A stretch of DNA of 64,000 bases from NCBI GenBank assembly GCA_028703475.1, contig JAQVMU010000002.1:29-64028 (forward strand), in the 5' to 3' direction. The stretch is from Atribacterota bacterium. GTDB lineage: Bacteria; Atribacterota; Phoenicimicrobiia; Phoenicimicrobiales; Stramentimicrobiaceae. The translations under genes and the position numbers were made by a program. Shown here one piece after another: positions 40,140 through 50,138 of the stretch. The notes under the pieces were generated by a model, which was not told where the DNA came from, ran no database searches, and saw nothing but the letters and a program-made list of their open reading frames with translations. Position 1 is the first letter of the stretch. Every line of letters starts with the position of its first letter.

Positions 40140-40601
40140 ATGAAAGAATTATATGATTTTATCTTGAAACTAAAAGATTTTTGTATATGTAACGAAACCA
40201 AGATCAGTAATATATGTAATATTAGTATGGCTGAGCTGAAGAGCATAAATGCAATTAACTGTAATGAAGAAATTACTTGTACTGAATTCTCAGAGAGATT
40301 ATCCTTGTCTCCGTCTCGGGGAAGCAGAATTATAGATAATCTTGTCAAAAAGGGGTTTTTGATAAGAAAGGTTAAAGATTGTGATCGTAGATCAATATTG
40401 CTCTGTTTGACTGAAAAAGGGAGAAGGATAAAAGATGAAATAAACCAGGAACAAAAAATTTTTGAAGATGAAATAAATTCAAACCTTAGTACACAAGAAA
40501 TCATATCCCTAAAAAAAGGATTAAAAATATTTGATAAAATACTAGAAAACAATAAAAAAGGAGAAAAAAATGACAGAAAAATCCATATTGGATGTAAATG
40601 A
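40140..40601 (+). CDS. MarR-family transcriptional regulator, Cys-containing (possible thiol-based redox sensor)
   Basis: Winged-HTH block ..FSERLSLSPSRGSRIIDNLVKKGFLIRKVKDCDRRSILLCLTEKG... Four or five Cys lie in the N-terminal helices. The 3' end overlaps the thioredoxin gene by 32 nt. The antisense ORF 40115..40678 is rejected. Confidence 0.7.
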   Translation: MKELYDFILKLKDFCICNETKISNICNISMAELKSINAINCNEEITCTEFSERLSLSPSRGSRIIDNLVKKGFLIRKVKDCDRRSILLCLTEKGRRIKDEINQEQKIFEDEINSNLSTQEIISLKKGLKIFDKILENNKKGEKNDRKIHIGCK

Positions 40602-40899
40602 AGATAATTTTCAAAAGGAAGTGCTGGAATCTTCTCTACCGGTGTTAGTAGATATGTGGGCTCCCTGGTGTATGCCATGTAAGATGGTTGCCCCCGCTGT
40701 AGAAAAAATAGCTAAGGATAATATTGATAAATTAAAGGTATGCAAATTAAACGTAGATGATAATCAGAATATTGCAGTAAATCATAATATTCAAGGGATT
40801 CCCGCATTGCTTATTTTTAAAAACGGAAAAGAAGTTGACCGTATTGTTGGAGCAGTACCACCCCAGGCAATTCAATCAAAATTAGATAGCATCTTTTAA
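40570..40899 (+). CDS. trxA: thioredoxin with variant CMPC active site
   Basis: 109 aa with ..VDMWAPWCMPCKMVAP... The canonical thioredoxin motif is WCGPC. An AAGGAG RBS is present. Confidence 0.85.
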   Translation: MTEKSILDVNEDNFQKEVLESSLPVLVDMWAPWCMPCKMVAPAVEKIAKDNIDKLKVCKLNVDDNQNIAVNHNIQGIPALLIFKNGKEVDRIVGAVPPQAIQSKLDSIF

Positions 40900-40909
40900 A
40901 AATAAAAAT

Positions 40910-40950
40910 TTATGCGGGTACTATATATAAAAAGTATAATACCCGCATAA
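40910..40950. terminator. hairpin TTATGCGGGTA(N19)TACCCGCATAA between convergent trxA and the MBL/beta-CASP gene
   Basis: Perfect 11-bp inverted repeat with A/T-rich flanks on both sides. Confidence 0.5.
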
Positions 40951-40994
40951 AATATAAATTCTAATAACAGAAATATATTAACTCTCTTAAGCTT

Positions 40995-42662
40995 TTATTT
41001 ATTTTGATGATTTGTTTTGTTTTTATCTGTCATCATCATGCTTAATTCAATTCCTTCTTTTTTTAATTCCAGTATTTTATTTTTTAATCTATGCATGTCT
41101 TCTTCTTCTAAATCCTGTTTTGTTTTTTCCTCTAATTGGTCTAAAACAGATTCCATTAAATCTTTCAAATAACTGGTTTCTTCCTCCAATAACAATGAAT
41201 CTCTTACACCTTTCTCCTGTTTTCCTTCTAAAGAAGGTGTTTTGGCTACACCTTGAATAAGGAAATGATCTCCTAATTCAGGCGCTGTTACATCTAACCC
41301 TAACTCATCTTGAATAGCATCTTGCAAAGCATTGAGTGAATCCTTTTCTCCATGTACTAAAAATACCTTTTGAGGCTTTTTCTTAAAATTCTTCAACCAT
41401 TCAATAAGCTCGTCCTTATCAGCATGGCCGGAAAATCCTTCCAATACATGTATTTGGGCATTTACTTTAACATCTTCACCAAATATTTTTACTTTTTTAG
41501 CTCCATCTTTTATTCTTCTTCCTAAAGTTCCTTCAGCTTGATATCCTACAAAAACAACACTTGACTCTTTTCTCCATAGATTGTGTTTAAGATGATGTTT
41601 TATTCGACCAGCAGTACACATGCCGCTTGCAGATATTATGACTTTACTTTCTGAAGATATATTTAATTGTTTTGATTCTTTTGCTGTCCTGGTAAAATGC
41701 AGATTTTTGAAATCTAATGGATTATATCCATTTTGAATAAGCTCAAGAGTCTCTTTGTCAAAACAGTCTGGATTTCTTCTGAATATCTCTGTTGCTGAAA
41801 TTGTTAAAGGACTATCAACATATACAGGTATATCAAGGTAGCTGTTATCCTTGGTTGAAACTATTTGGTCATAATACTGGTTTAATTCATAAATAATATC
41901 CTGTGCTCTTTGCACAGCAAAAGAAGGTATTATTACATTTCCACCTTTTTTCTTTGTTTCAATCATTATTGGTATTAATTGGGAAGCCTCATTATCTAAT
42001 GAAGCATGCTTTCTGTTTCCATAAGTAGATTCCATTATCAGGTAATCTGCTTCTTCAATGATAGATGGATTCCTGATTATCGGTTTATTTTTTCTTCCTA
42101 AATCTCCAGTAAATACCAGCTTAATGGTTTCTCCTTTTTCTTTAATCCACATTTCAACAATCGATGATCCAAGAATATGGCCTGCGTCTTGAAATCGTAT
42201 TGTAAGATTATCATCAATTGTTATTTTTTGATTATACAAAACAGGTGAAAAGTATTTTAAGCTGTCTGTGGCCTCTGCTGCAGTGTAAAGAGGTTCCCGT
42301 AATGGCTTCCCGGCTCTTTTTCTTTTCCTGTTTTCCCATTCATTCTCCGTCTCCTGAACATAACCGCTATCTGGAAGCATTATTGAACAGAGGTCATAAG
42401 TTGCCTTTGTACAATATATTTTTTTCTTAAACCCCTTTTTAATCAAACTGGGTATACGTCCGCTATGATCAATATGAGCATGTGACAGAATTAACATCTC
42501 TACTTCCTCAGGATTAAAAGGGAATTCTTTGTAGTTAAGGCTGTTAAGCTGCCTGTTTCCCTGAAACATTCCGCAATCAAGTAATATTTTTCTATTTTCC
42601 GTCTCTAACAACATGTTAGAACCTGTTACTACCTGGGCAGCTCCCAAAAAGTGTATTTTCAT
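40995..42662 (-). CDS. MBL-fold metallo-hydrolase with beta-CASP/RNA-metabolising domain (RNase J / CPSF-like)
   Basis: HxHxDH motif (LSHAHIDHSG) plus a beta-CASP pattern. Start set at MKIHFLGAAQ, which has a GGAGA RBS. The 21-aa upstream extension of the raw ORF lacks an RBS. Confidence 0.75.
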   Translation of the reverse strand: MKIHFLGAAQVVTGSNMLLETENRKILLDCGMFQGNRQLNSLNYKEFPFNPEEVEMLILSHAHIDHSGRIPSLIKKGFKKKIYCTKATYDLCSIMLPDSGYVQETENEWENRKRKRAGKPLREPLYTAAEATDSLKYFSPVLYNQKITIDDNLTIRFQDAGHILGSSIVEMWIKEKGETIKLVFTGDLGRKNKPIIRNPSIIEEADYLIMESTYGNRKHASLDNEASQLIPIMIETKKKGGNVIIPSFAVQRAQDIIYELNQYYDQIVSTKDNSYLDIPVYVDSPLTISATEIFRRNPDCFDKETLELIQNGYNPLDFKNLHFTRTAKESKQLNISSESKVIISASGMCTAGRIKHHLKHNLWRKESSVVFVGYQAEGTLGRRIKDGAKKVKIFGEDVKVNAQIHVLEGFSGHADKDELIEWLKNFKKKPQKVFLVHGEKDSLNALQDAIQDELGLDVTAPELGDHFLIQGVAKTPSLEGKQEKGVRDSLLLEEETSYLKDLMESVLDQLEEKTKQDLEEEDMHRLKNKILELKKEGIELSMMMTDKNKTNHQNK

Positions 42663-42883
42663 TTTTATTTCTCCAATCTCTCCAATCTTATTATAATGAA
42701 TAAACATATCAATTTTATAACTCATTAGTATTTTCTATAAAGTGGTTCTAAGGTGGTGGTTGTTTTTGTGTTTATTTAATAAAATTACAAAGAACACATC
42801 AATGAATATTATATTTATAATATCATAATAATATGGGAAAAAATATTGCAATTAAGATATATAATAATATTCATTCCATTTAT

Positions 42884-44134
42884 TCAATATTGCTTTATGG
42901 CCATATTTATATAAAAAACATAAATTGAGCTTATCATAATTAACCCAACTATACTAATCGATAGTCTTTTATAAAATTTTAGAATATCTGCCTTCAAATA
43001 TTCTACTGTAACCGTAAAACACAAATGCATTGGAGACATCATCATTCCCGAAAAACCTGCAACATAAGCAATGATAACCATGGGCATATTTAGGGTTCCG
43101 CTCTGAATTAATAGCGGCATTATAATAGGAAAGCTTATTCCGACAAAACCTGCTGTGCTTCCTGTTAGAAATCCCAACAAAAAAGGAATAAAAAATAATA
43201 TAACCCAAATATTGATACCAAGTGCTGAAAATAGTAAAGAAATTTGTTCCATGGAATTGGTGTTTTCTAATACCTGTTTGAAAAACATAATCCCCACAAC
43301 CAAAAAAACGACCTTGAATGATATATCATAAAATATAATTTCTTTCAGTTTTGGTAATAGTATTTCTCTATAAATAATCAGTAGCATTATTGTAGTAACA
43401 GTCAAAGCAATTAATAAATTTATTTTAATAAATAATACTAAAAATATAATAAACAATATTGACCATATACTTTTAAACAAAAGTAGCCATTGTTGTCCCG
43501 GTGATTCTGAATTTATTTCATTATTCTTTTTCCTTTTTAAACTCAGATACATCCATAATAGCCCAATTATAAGTGCAATAAAGACTAAAGGTGATTGGAA
43601 AATCATTACCTGCCGAATATCAAGGCCGGTTACTGAAGTGTATAACAATACACCTGGTATTAAGGGCCAGACAAATTCCCAAATATGGCGAAACCAATAA
43701 TTAAAAAACATTATTTCTTCTGAACTCATATTGTTTTTTACTCCAATTTCTTTCAATAAAGGAGCAGAAAACATGGCACCGGCAGGCATTGGTATTAATC
43801 CCAAGAAACTGGCTATAAAAAATACTATTAAACGATAATCAGACACAATATTCTGTAAAGATTTTTCGATTCCCTCCATACTTTTTGTTCTGATTAAAAT
43901 ACTGCTTAGTATATAAACCAAAACAATAATACCAATTAATTGTAATGTTGTATAATCAATAATGGCAAGATAAAGATTAGTTGCGAGTTCATAAAAACCC
44001 TGCTGGAATAAAATTCCGAGAAAAACAGACGAAACAAACATAATCAAGCCAAGATTCCACTTTAAACCCAATAAAACAACAATTAAAATAATAACAGAAA
44101 TAATTTTTATTGCTTCAGCCAAAATATACCTCAT
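42884..44134 (-). CDS. polytopic integral membrane protein, DUF401-like / ion-transporter-superfamily permease
   Basis: 416 aa with 10-12 TM helices. Family assignment is by overall pattern only. Confidence 0.45.
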   Translation of the reverse strand: MRYILAEAIKIISVIILIVVLLGLKWNLGLIMFVSSVFLGILFQQGFYELATNLYLAIIDYTTLQLIGIIVLVYILSSILIRTKSMEGIEKSLQNIVSDYRLIVFFIASFLGLIPMPAGAMFSAPLLKEIGVKNNMSSEEIMFFNYWFRHIWEFVWPLIPGVLLYTSVTGLDIRQVMIFQSPLVFIALIIGLLWMYLSLKRKKNNEINSESPGQQWLLLFKSIWSILFIIFLVLFIKINLLIALTVTTIMLLIIYREILLPKLKEIIFYDISFKVVFLVVGIMFFKQVLENTNSMEQISLLFSALGINIWVILFFIPFLLGFLTGSTAGFVGISFPIIMPLLIQSGTLNMPMVIIAYVAGFSGMMMSPMHLCFTVTVEYLKADILKFYKRLSISIVGLIMISSIYVFYINMAIKQY

Positions 44135-44275
44135 TTTACAATACTACAATACTATTTTTTAATAAAACATTAAATAAAAAAGTACTTTCACCTATAAAAT
44201 AAATCTTGTAGTGAAAATACTTTTTTATTTATTTACTTAAAAGAATTAAGTAATTGTCCTAATTAACCGGGGTAA

Positions 44276-44752
44276 TTAATTATTTTTCTCTAAGTTCTTT
44301 TTATCTTCTTTCTCTTTCTCTTCTTTTATTTCTTTTTTTATCTCAGGTTTTTCTTTTTTTTCCATATCTTCCTTGAATTTAACGTCAAGAACATTAATAT
44401 CTACTTTGCTTACTTTTAATCCGGCCATAGTCTCAATTGCTTTTTTTACATTCTTCTGGGTTTCCACGGCAGTCTGATAAATACCGATGGCATAATCAGC
44501 TACCAGGGAAATAGTAATAGCTACGTCTTTCTGGTTCATCGAGACCTCTATACCTTTGGTTAAATTATTTTTATCTAACAATGGGGCAAAGTTACCTTTT
44601 CTTCCAGCAGTTAACCCTATAACACCCTTTACTTTGGTTGCCTCCATAGCTACAATTATAGCAACAACATCTTTAGAAACTGATATATTGCCCAGTTCTG
44701 CATTCTGATCTTCTAAATCCGGATTTTTATCATTTTTATTAGTATCTACCAT
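44276..44752 (-). CDS. Asp23/Gls24-family envelope stress response protein
   Basis: 158 aa with an Asp23 core (..VVAIIVAMEATKVKGV..) and a K/E-rich tail. Confidence 0.8.
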   Translation of the reverse strand: MVDTNKNDKNPDLEDQNAELGNISVSKDVVAIIVAMEATKVKGVIGLTAGRKGNFAPLLDKNNLTKGIEVSMNQKDVAITISLVADYAIGIYQTAVETQKNVKKAIETMAGLKVSKVDINVLDVKFKEDMEKKEKPEIKKEIKEEKEKEDKKNLEKNN

Positions 44753-44771
44753 AAATATTAAACCTCCTTCT

Positions 44772-45353
44772 TTATTTAGGAATTACCTCTTTATTCTCAT
44801 ATTCAATTTTATTGACATTAATTTTAATATCTTTTAGGTCTACTCCGCTTATTCTTGGCAGCTCTTCTTTTAATTTTTGTTGAATAAGATTAGCCATTTC
44901 CGGTATATTACAATCTGTTGCTACAATAAGCTGTAAAATAGCTTTAACTCCTCCGTTTTTCTGGATTTGAATATCAGGCTTAATCTCTTTTACTCCCTTT
45001 ATATCATGTAATGTATTTAGAATTATCTGTTCAAGTGATATAGTAGAAATTTTTATTTCACCATCATCAGTAGTTATTTTCACTGATGGTATTTGTAAAG
45101 CAATCCTTTGTTTCAACCAAATTAGCCATAGAGCAATAGCAAATATTACAAAACCGGCTATGGCAAGCAATACCTGATTTGTAAGGCTTGAATAAATTAC
45201 ATTAATTCCTTTATTTATAATACTCACTAAAAAACCTTTTTCTATTACATTAAAGGCTATCAAAAAACATTTTAAAGAAAAAATCAATAACAGAATGATA
45301 AAAAGAATAAAAATCATATTATTAAAAAATTTTTCCTTCATATAATACCTCAC
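44772..45353 (-). CDS. alkaline-shock-response membrane anchor protein, AmaP-like
   Basis: 193 aa with an N-terminal TM helix pair, located directly upstream of the Asp23 gene in the arrangement expected for AmaP. Confidence 0.5.
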   Translation of the reverse strand: MRYYMKEKFFNNMIFILFIILLLIFSLKCFLIAFNVIEKGFLVSIINKGINVIYSSLTNQVLLAIAGFVIFAIALWLIWLKQRIALQIPSVKITTDDGEIKISTISLEQIILNTLHDIKGVKEIKPDIQIQKNGGVKAILQLIVATDCNIPEMANLIQQKLKEELPRISGVDLKDIKINVNKIEYENKEVIPK

Positions 45354-45415
45354 AAAATATTAAATTTAACTGTATATCAGAAACTAATTATCATTTATAT
45401 TGTTTTCATTTGTTT

Positions 45416-46255
45416 TCATTTTAATAAAAGGCTATAAATTCTATCTAAATCCTCATTGCTATAAAATTCAATCGAAAGATTTCCTCTTTTTCCATTAAAT
45501 TTTATCTTAACTTTTGTACCGAATCTTTCTATTAACTGCTTTTCCAGTTCCGGAAAAGTCTGTATCGTTCTTTTTTGCTGAAAATTTTTCCTGCTCTTTT
45601 TCATCCATATACTAATTATCCGCTCTAAATCTCTTACCGATAATTCCTGTTCAATAATCTTTTGTCCAAATTCCTGCTGTATTTGCTTGTTTTCTAACCC
45701 CAAAAGGACTTTGGCATGTCCTAATGTTATTTTCCCGGCAGCTACTCTTTCTTTTATCCAGTCATCAAGATTCAGTAATCTGATAATATTACTTATAAAA
45801 GTCCTGCTTTTGCCAGTCATTTCAGCTAATTCCTGGTGAGTCAAATTAAACTCTTCACTCAATCTTTTAAAAGCGAAAGCCTGATCTATTGGATTCAGAT
45901 CTTCCCTCTGAATATTTTCAACTAATGCAATTTCGAATGATTTAAGATTATTGAATTGCCTTATAATAACCGGTACTTTTTTCATACCCAGCTCTTTAGC
46001 TGCCTTTAATCTTCTTTCACCGGCAACAATCTCGTATCCATCTGCTGACTCCCGGACAATAATCGGCTGAATAATACCATGGGCTTTGATAGATTCTTTT
46101 AATTCATCCATCTTTTCCTGGTCAAATTCCTGTCTCGGTTGGTACAAATTAGGCCATAATTGATTTACATCTACTTCAGTAACATAGGAACGGTCTTTTA
46201 TGTTAGATATAGGAATCAGGGATTCTAATCCCCTTCCTAAACCCTTTTTAGCCAT
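45416..46255 (-). CDS. parB: chromosome partitioning protein ParB/Spo0J
   Basis: ParB box ..GERRLKAAKELG.., an HTH, and an 8-nt overlap with parA. Confidence 0.9.
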   Translation of the reverse strand: MAKKGLGRGLESLIPISNIKDRSYVTEVDVNQLWPNLYQPRQEFDQEKMDELKESIKAHGIIQPIIVRESADGYEIVAGERRLKAAKELGMKKVPVIIRQFNNLKSFEIALVENIQREDLNPIDQAFAFKRLSEEFNLTHQELAEMTGKSRTFISNIIRLLNLDDWIKERVAAGKITLGHAKVLLGLENKQIQQEFGQKIIEQELSVRDLERIISIWMKKSRKNFQQKRTIQTFPELEKQLIERFGTKVKIKFNGKRGNLSIEFYSNEDLDRIYSLLLK

Positions 46256-47018
46256 GTGAAATTACCTCCTTTGCCAATTTCTGATAAGCCTGCGCGCCTT
46301 TTGATTTCAATTCATAAATTGCGATTGGCTGTCCATAGCTTGGGGCTTCGCTTAGTCGGACATTTCGGGGAATAATGGATTCAAAAATACTACCCTGGAA
46401 ATGTTTATTTATTTCTTCAACTACTTCTTTTGATAAATTATTTCTTTGATCATACATTGTTAACAAAATTCCCTCGATTGATAAATTGGGATTTAAGTTT
46501 TCTTTCACCAGGGTAACTGTATTGAGGAGCTGTCCAATCCCTTCTAATGCATAATATTCGCATTGAACAGGAATAATAACCGAGTCAGCTGCATTTAACG
46601 CATTTAAGGTTAACAATCCTAAAGAGGGAGGTGTGTCTATAATAATATAATCATATGATTCTTTAATAGGACGTATTAGTTGTTTCAACCTGTTTTCCCG
46701 GGAGATATAATTTACTAATTCTACTTCTGCGCCTGCTAATTGTAAGGTAGAAGGCAATACATCTAAATTTTTTATCTGACTGGGTACCATTACCTCTTGA
46801 ATGGGAATTTGATTTATTAGACAATCATATATGTTTTTTTCAATTTTAGAACGTTCTATTCCTATTCCGCTGCTGGCATTCCCCTGGGGATCAATATCAA
46901 TCAGAAGTACATTTTTTTTCTCTAATGCTAAAAAAGCGCTTAAATTAATAGCCGTGGTTGTTTTACCAACACCACCTTTTTGATTACTGATAGACATAAT
47001 TTTACTCATAATTGACAT
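46248..47018 (-). CDS. parA: chromosome partitioning ATPase ParA/Soj
   Basis: Deviant Walker A NQKGGVGKTT. The true start may be the internal ATG at 47009 or 46997. Confidence 0.9.
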   Translation of the reverse strand: MSIMSKIMSISNQKGGVGKTTTAINLSAFLALEKKNVLLIDIDPQGNASSGIGIERSKIEKNIYDCLINQIPIQEVMVPSQIKNLDVLPSTLQLAGAEVELVNYISRENRLKQLIRPIKESYDYIIIDTPPSLGLLTLNALNAADSVIIPVQCEYYALEGIGQLLNTVTLVKENLNPNLSIEGILLTMYDQRNNLSKEVVEEINKHFQGSIFESIIPRNVRLSEAPSYGQPIAIYELKSKGAQAYQKLAKEVISHG

Positions 47019-47042
47019 TTCCCCTTAATATTTTTAATTAGA

Positions 47043-47058
47043 TGTTCCACGTGGAACA
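47043..47058. promoter_or_regulatory. parS: parS centromere-like site TGTTCCACGTGGAACA
   Basis: Perfect 16-bp palindrome matching the parS consensus tGTTnCACGTGaAACa, 25 nt upstream of parA. Confidence 0.8.
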
Positions 47059-47250
47059 TCTAAAGTGTATAACTTTAATACTAATTATGATTTATAATAA
47101 TATCATTATATTTTGTGACTTAAGTTTGCAAAATGCACTATTCAGGTGTTAAATTTTTTCAGGATGATATGTTATTTTCGCTTCTTGGCTCCAAAATATA
47201 TTGCTTTTTAAGAAATACATTAAAAGTATTTTTATATTATCAAAATTTAT

Positions 47251-48021
47251 CTAAAAACACAAAGGTCTTTTCAGAGGAATACCATTTCTTCTTGGAAAAC
47301 TGACAGGTGTTGGAAATGTTTTCCGAATAATTAATATTGTCCTTATATATTCAGATGAAGGTATTTTTATTAAATTTATGCTTTCTAGTGCTCCCCCTAA
47401 TTTTTCAATTACCTTATAACTTTCTCTTAATTCTTCTACATAAGAGGATCCTTTAAAAGCCATCATTACTCCCCCTATTTTACAAAAAGGTAGTGAATAT
47501 TCACTTAATACTCCAAGTTGGGCGACTGCTCTTGAAACTACAATATGATATTTTTCACGATGCTCTGCCATTTTACCCAGTTTTTCTGCCCTATTCTGAA
47601 GTACAGCAGTTTTTTTTAGCTCCAAACTACTGACAACTGTATCTAAAAATACTTTTTTATTTTTTTTTGCTTCCAGTAAAAGCATTTTTGTGTCTGGAAA
47701 AAATATTTTTATTGGTATACCTGGTAAACCTGCACCACTACCAATATCAATCAATTGTACATTACTACCACTTTTGTCAACTTCCTTCTGAATAAATTGT
47801 ATGGCTGATAATGAATCGAGGAAGTGCTTGTCAATAATGTCATTCACATCCCTAATAGCAGTAATATTCATTTTTTTTTGATATTCTTTAATTAATTCTA
47901 AATACTTAATTAAATCATTACTATTTTTTTTATTAAAGCTAACGCCCAAAGACAGCATGCCTATATTGAGTCTTTTTACTAAATTATTGATTCTCGAATA
48001 AGTATATTTTCTTTCTTCCAC
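47251..48021 (-). CDS. rsmG: 16S rRNA (guanine527-N7)-methyltransferase RsmG (GidB)
   Basis: SAM-binding motif DIGSGAGLPG in the origin-block context. Confidence 0.85.
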   Translation of the reverse strand: MEERKYTYSRINNLVKRLNIGMLSLGVSFNKKNSNDLIKYLELIKEYQKKMNITAIRDVNDIIDKHFLDSLSAIQFIQKEVDKSGSNVQLIDIGSGAGLPGIPIKIFFPDTKMLLLEAKKNKKVFLDTVVSSLELKKTAVLQNRAEKLGKMAEHREKYHIVVSRAVAQLGVLSEYSLPFCKIGGVMMAFKGSSYVEELRESYKVIEKLGGALESINLIKIPSSEYIRTILIIRKTFPTPVSFPRRNGIPLKRPLCF

Positions 48022-48517
48022 AGCTTTTCCACAATTCTATTTCATATTTTTAATTGCAAAATATTTAAACTATTCAGATAATATTTTTATTTAATAAAAT
48101 TAAAATATCCGCCCCTCTGTAACCTTTATAAATAAGGGTCTTCAGGAATTTCAATGATTCTAATTATTACCTGATTTTTATGTAAATTACTTTTCATTCA
48201 ATTATTAAACTTTCTATTTCCTTTATTCACAAGTTATTCACAAAAAAACACAAACTGCTTTTCCTAAGTCAATCATATTCTTTTTTAATGATATTAATAT
48301 ATTATATACGATAAATTATTTATAAAAAACCTTTTTATCCCTTTATTGGTCACCTGATTATAAATAATTTCATTGATGTATATTTAAAATATCCTTTTTA
48401 ATATATTTAATATACCTATTAAATTAATATGTGTAATTTAATTTCTTTAGGGTAATTTAAGATAATCTTTTAAAAATAAATCAATAAATCTACAAATGAG
48501 ATTATTAGAAAAAAGAA

Positions 48518-48533
48518 TGTTCCACGTGGAACA
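48518..48533. promoter_or_regulatory. parS: second parS site TGTTCCACGTGGAACA
   Basis: Identical perfect palindrome, located in the 588-nt gap between mnmE and rsmG. Confidence 0.8.
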
Positions 48534-48609
48534 TTCTTTTAAAAATTGATTTTAATTTGGTAAGTGAATACATATGATTAGTGTTACTTCTGTTTTTCAG
48601 TATTATATA

Positions 48610-50055
48610 TTATTTCCCAATACAAAATTTTGAAAATACATTATCAAGTATCTCCTTATCGCAAGATTCACCGGTTATTCTCGCAAGTTGACTTGCAGCA
48701 TACTGTAAATCCATTGTAATAAAATCATCTTGAATTCCTGTATCTAATTTTGAAATAATATATGATAGTCTTTCTTGTGCTTTGATTAAATACTCCTGAT
48801 GCCTCTTATTGCTTATTATTAAACCGCCTTCGGGAATAGAAATATTCGACAAAGAATAATCAACCATTCTTTTTTCTAAAAGTTCAATCCCTTCCCTGTT
48901 TATTACTGATAATTTAATTGATTCTTTTATCTTTAATCTTTTATATAGCTCTTGTGTATTCATTCTTTTGGGTAAATCAATTTTGTTCTCAATTAAGATT
49001 GTTTTATTATTACGATTAATGAAAGGTTTTATCTTATTTATTAATGCAATATCTTGTACATCAAGGGGTTGACTTATATCAAACATTATAATGAATATCT
49101 GTCCGTATTCTAAAAAATCATCTACTCTTTTTAAACTAATTTCTTCGACAATATTTTCAGGATTCTTCATCCCGGCAGTATCAATCAAATTAAATCTAAA
49201 TCCTTTTATATCAACCGATTCTTCGATAGTATCTCGAGTCGTTCCTGGAACAGATGTTACGATCGATCTATTCTTTTTCAAGAGCAAATTGAATAGGCTT
49301 GACTTCCCCACATTGGTTTTTCCTATAATTACACAGCAAATACCCTCTTTAATTAGATGTCCGTATTTTACTGTATCTAATAAACTGTTAATCTCAAGCA
49401 GGTATTCTTTTAATAGTTCTTTAATTTCTTTTCTGTCTAATTCAGGAATCCCTTGATCCGGGAAATCAATAGGCGCCTCAATTCTTGTATTTAATTCAAT
49501 AATGTTATTTTTTAAATCATTTATTTTATTCCTGAGTCCTCCGGATAATTGAAAGATAGAAGATTTAAGACTCCTTTCACTATTTGATTCAATAATATCA
49601 ATAACTGCCTCAGCCTGGCTTAAATCTATCCTTCCATTTATAAATGCTCTTTTGGTAAATTCACCTGGTTCGGCAATTATTGCACCAAGCTCTAACGTGA
49701 TTTCCAAAACATTTTTAACTACCAGTAAACCACCATGGCAATTTATTTCTACGATATCTTCTTTAGTATAAGTCCTGGGTTTTCGCATGACAGTCAACAT
49801 CACTTCATCAATAATTATTTCTGTGTCAGGATGGAGAATTGTTCCATAGTATATTTTGTGAGATTTGAATTCATTTGGATTTATTTTAAATTTTCCTTTA
49901 TGTCTAAAAATAATGCTGGCTATCTGGAAAGCAAGTGGTCCGCTAAGACGGACAATCCCTATGCCTCCGGCTCCTAAGGGGGTTGAAATTGCAGCAATAG
50001 TTTCTACTTCAATACCTTGTTTAATAAACTGTTCTTTATTCATACCAATTACCAA
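48610..50055 (-). CDS. mnmE: tRNA modification GTPase MnmE (TrmE)
   Basis: G-domain motifs GKTNVGKSSL and DTAG, with the C-terminal CIGK. The start may be the ATG at 50043. Confidence 0.9.
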   Translation of the reverse strand: MVIGMNKEQFIKQGIEVETIAAISTPLGAGGIGIVRLSGPLAFQIASIIFRHKGKFKINPNEFKSHKIYYGTILHPDTEIIIDEVMLTVMRKPRTYTKEDIVEINCHGGLLVVKNVLEITLELGAIIAEPGEFTKRAFINGRIDLSQAEAVIDIIESNSERSLKSSIFQLSGGLRNKINDLKNNIIELNTRIEAPIDFPDQGIPELDRKEIKELLKEYLLEINSLLDTVKYGHLIKEGICCVIIGKTNVGKSSLFNLLLKKNRSIVTSVPGTTRDTIEESVDIKGFRFNLIDTAGMKNPENIVEEISLKRVDDFLEYGQIFIIMFDISQPLDVQDIALINKIKPFINRNNKTILIENKIDLPKRMNTQELYKRLKIKESIKLSVINREGIELLEKRMVDYSLSNISIPEGGLIISNKRHQEYLIKAQERLSYIISKLDTGIQDDFITMDLQYAASQLARITGESCDKEILDNVFSKFCIGK

Positions 50056-50138
50056 ATATCAATATATTTTATATAATAAATTTGTATGATTGTTAAATTA
50101 TACATTTTAAGTTAATTATAAAACCATTTTAATGTTGA

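Noticed and set aside
40115-40678. 187-aa minus-strand ORF fully overlapping the MarR gene.
   Set aside because: The plus-strand frame has a clear MarR winged-HTH and is translationally coupled to trxA. The minus-strand product is low complexity (F/S/L-rich).
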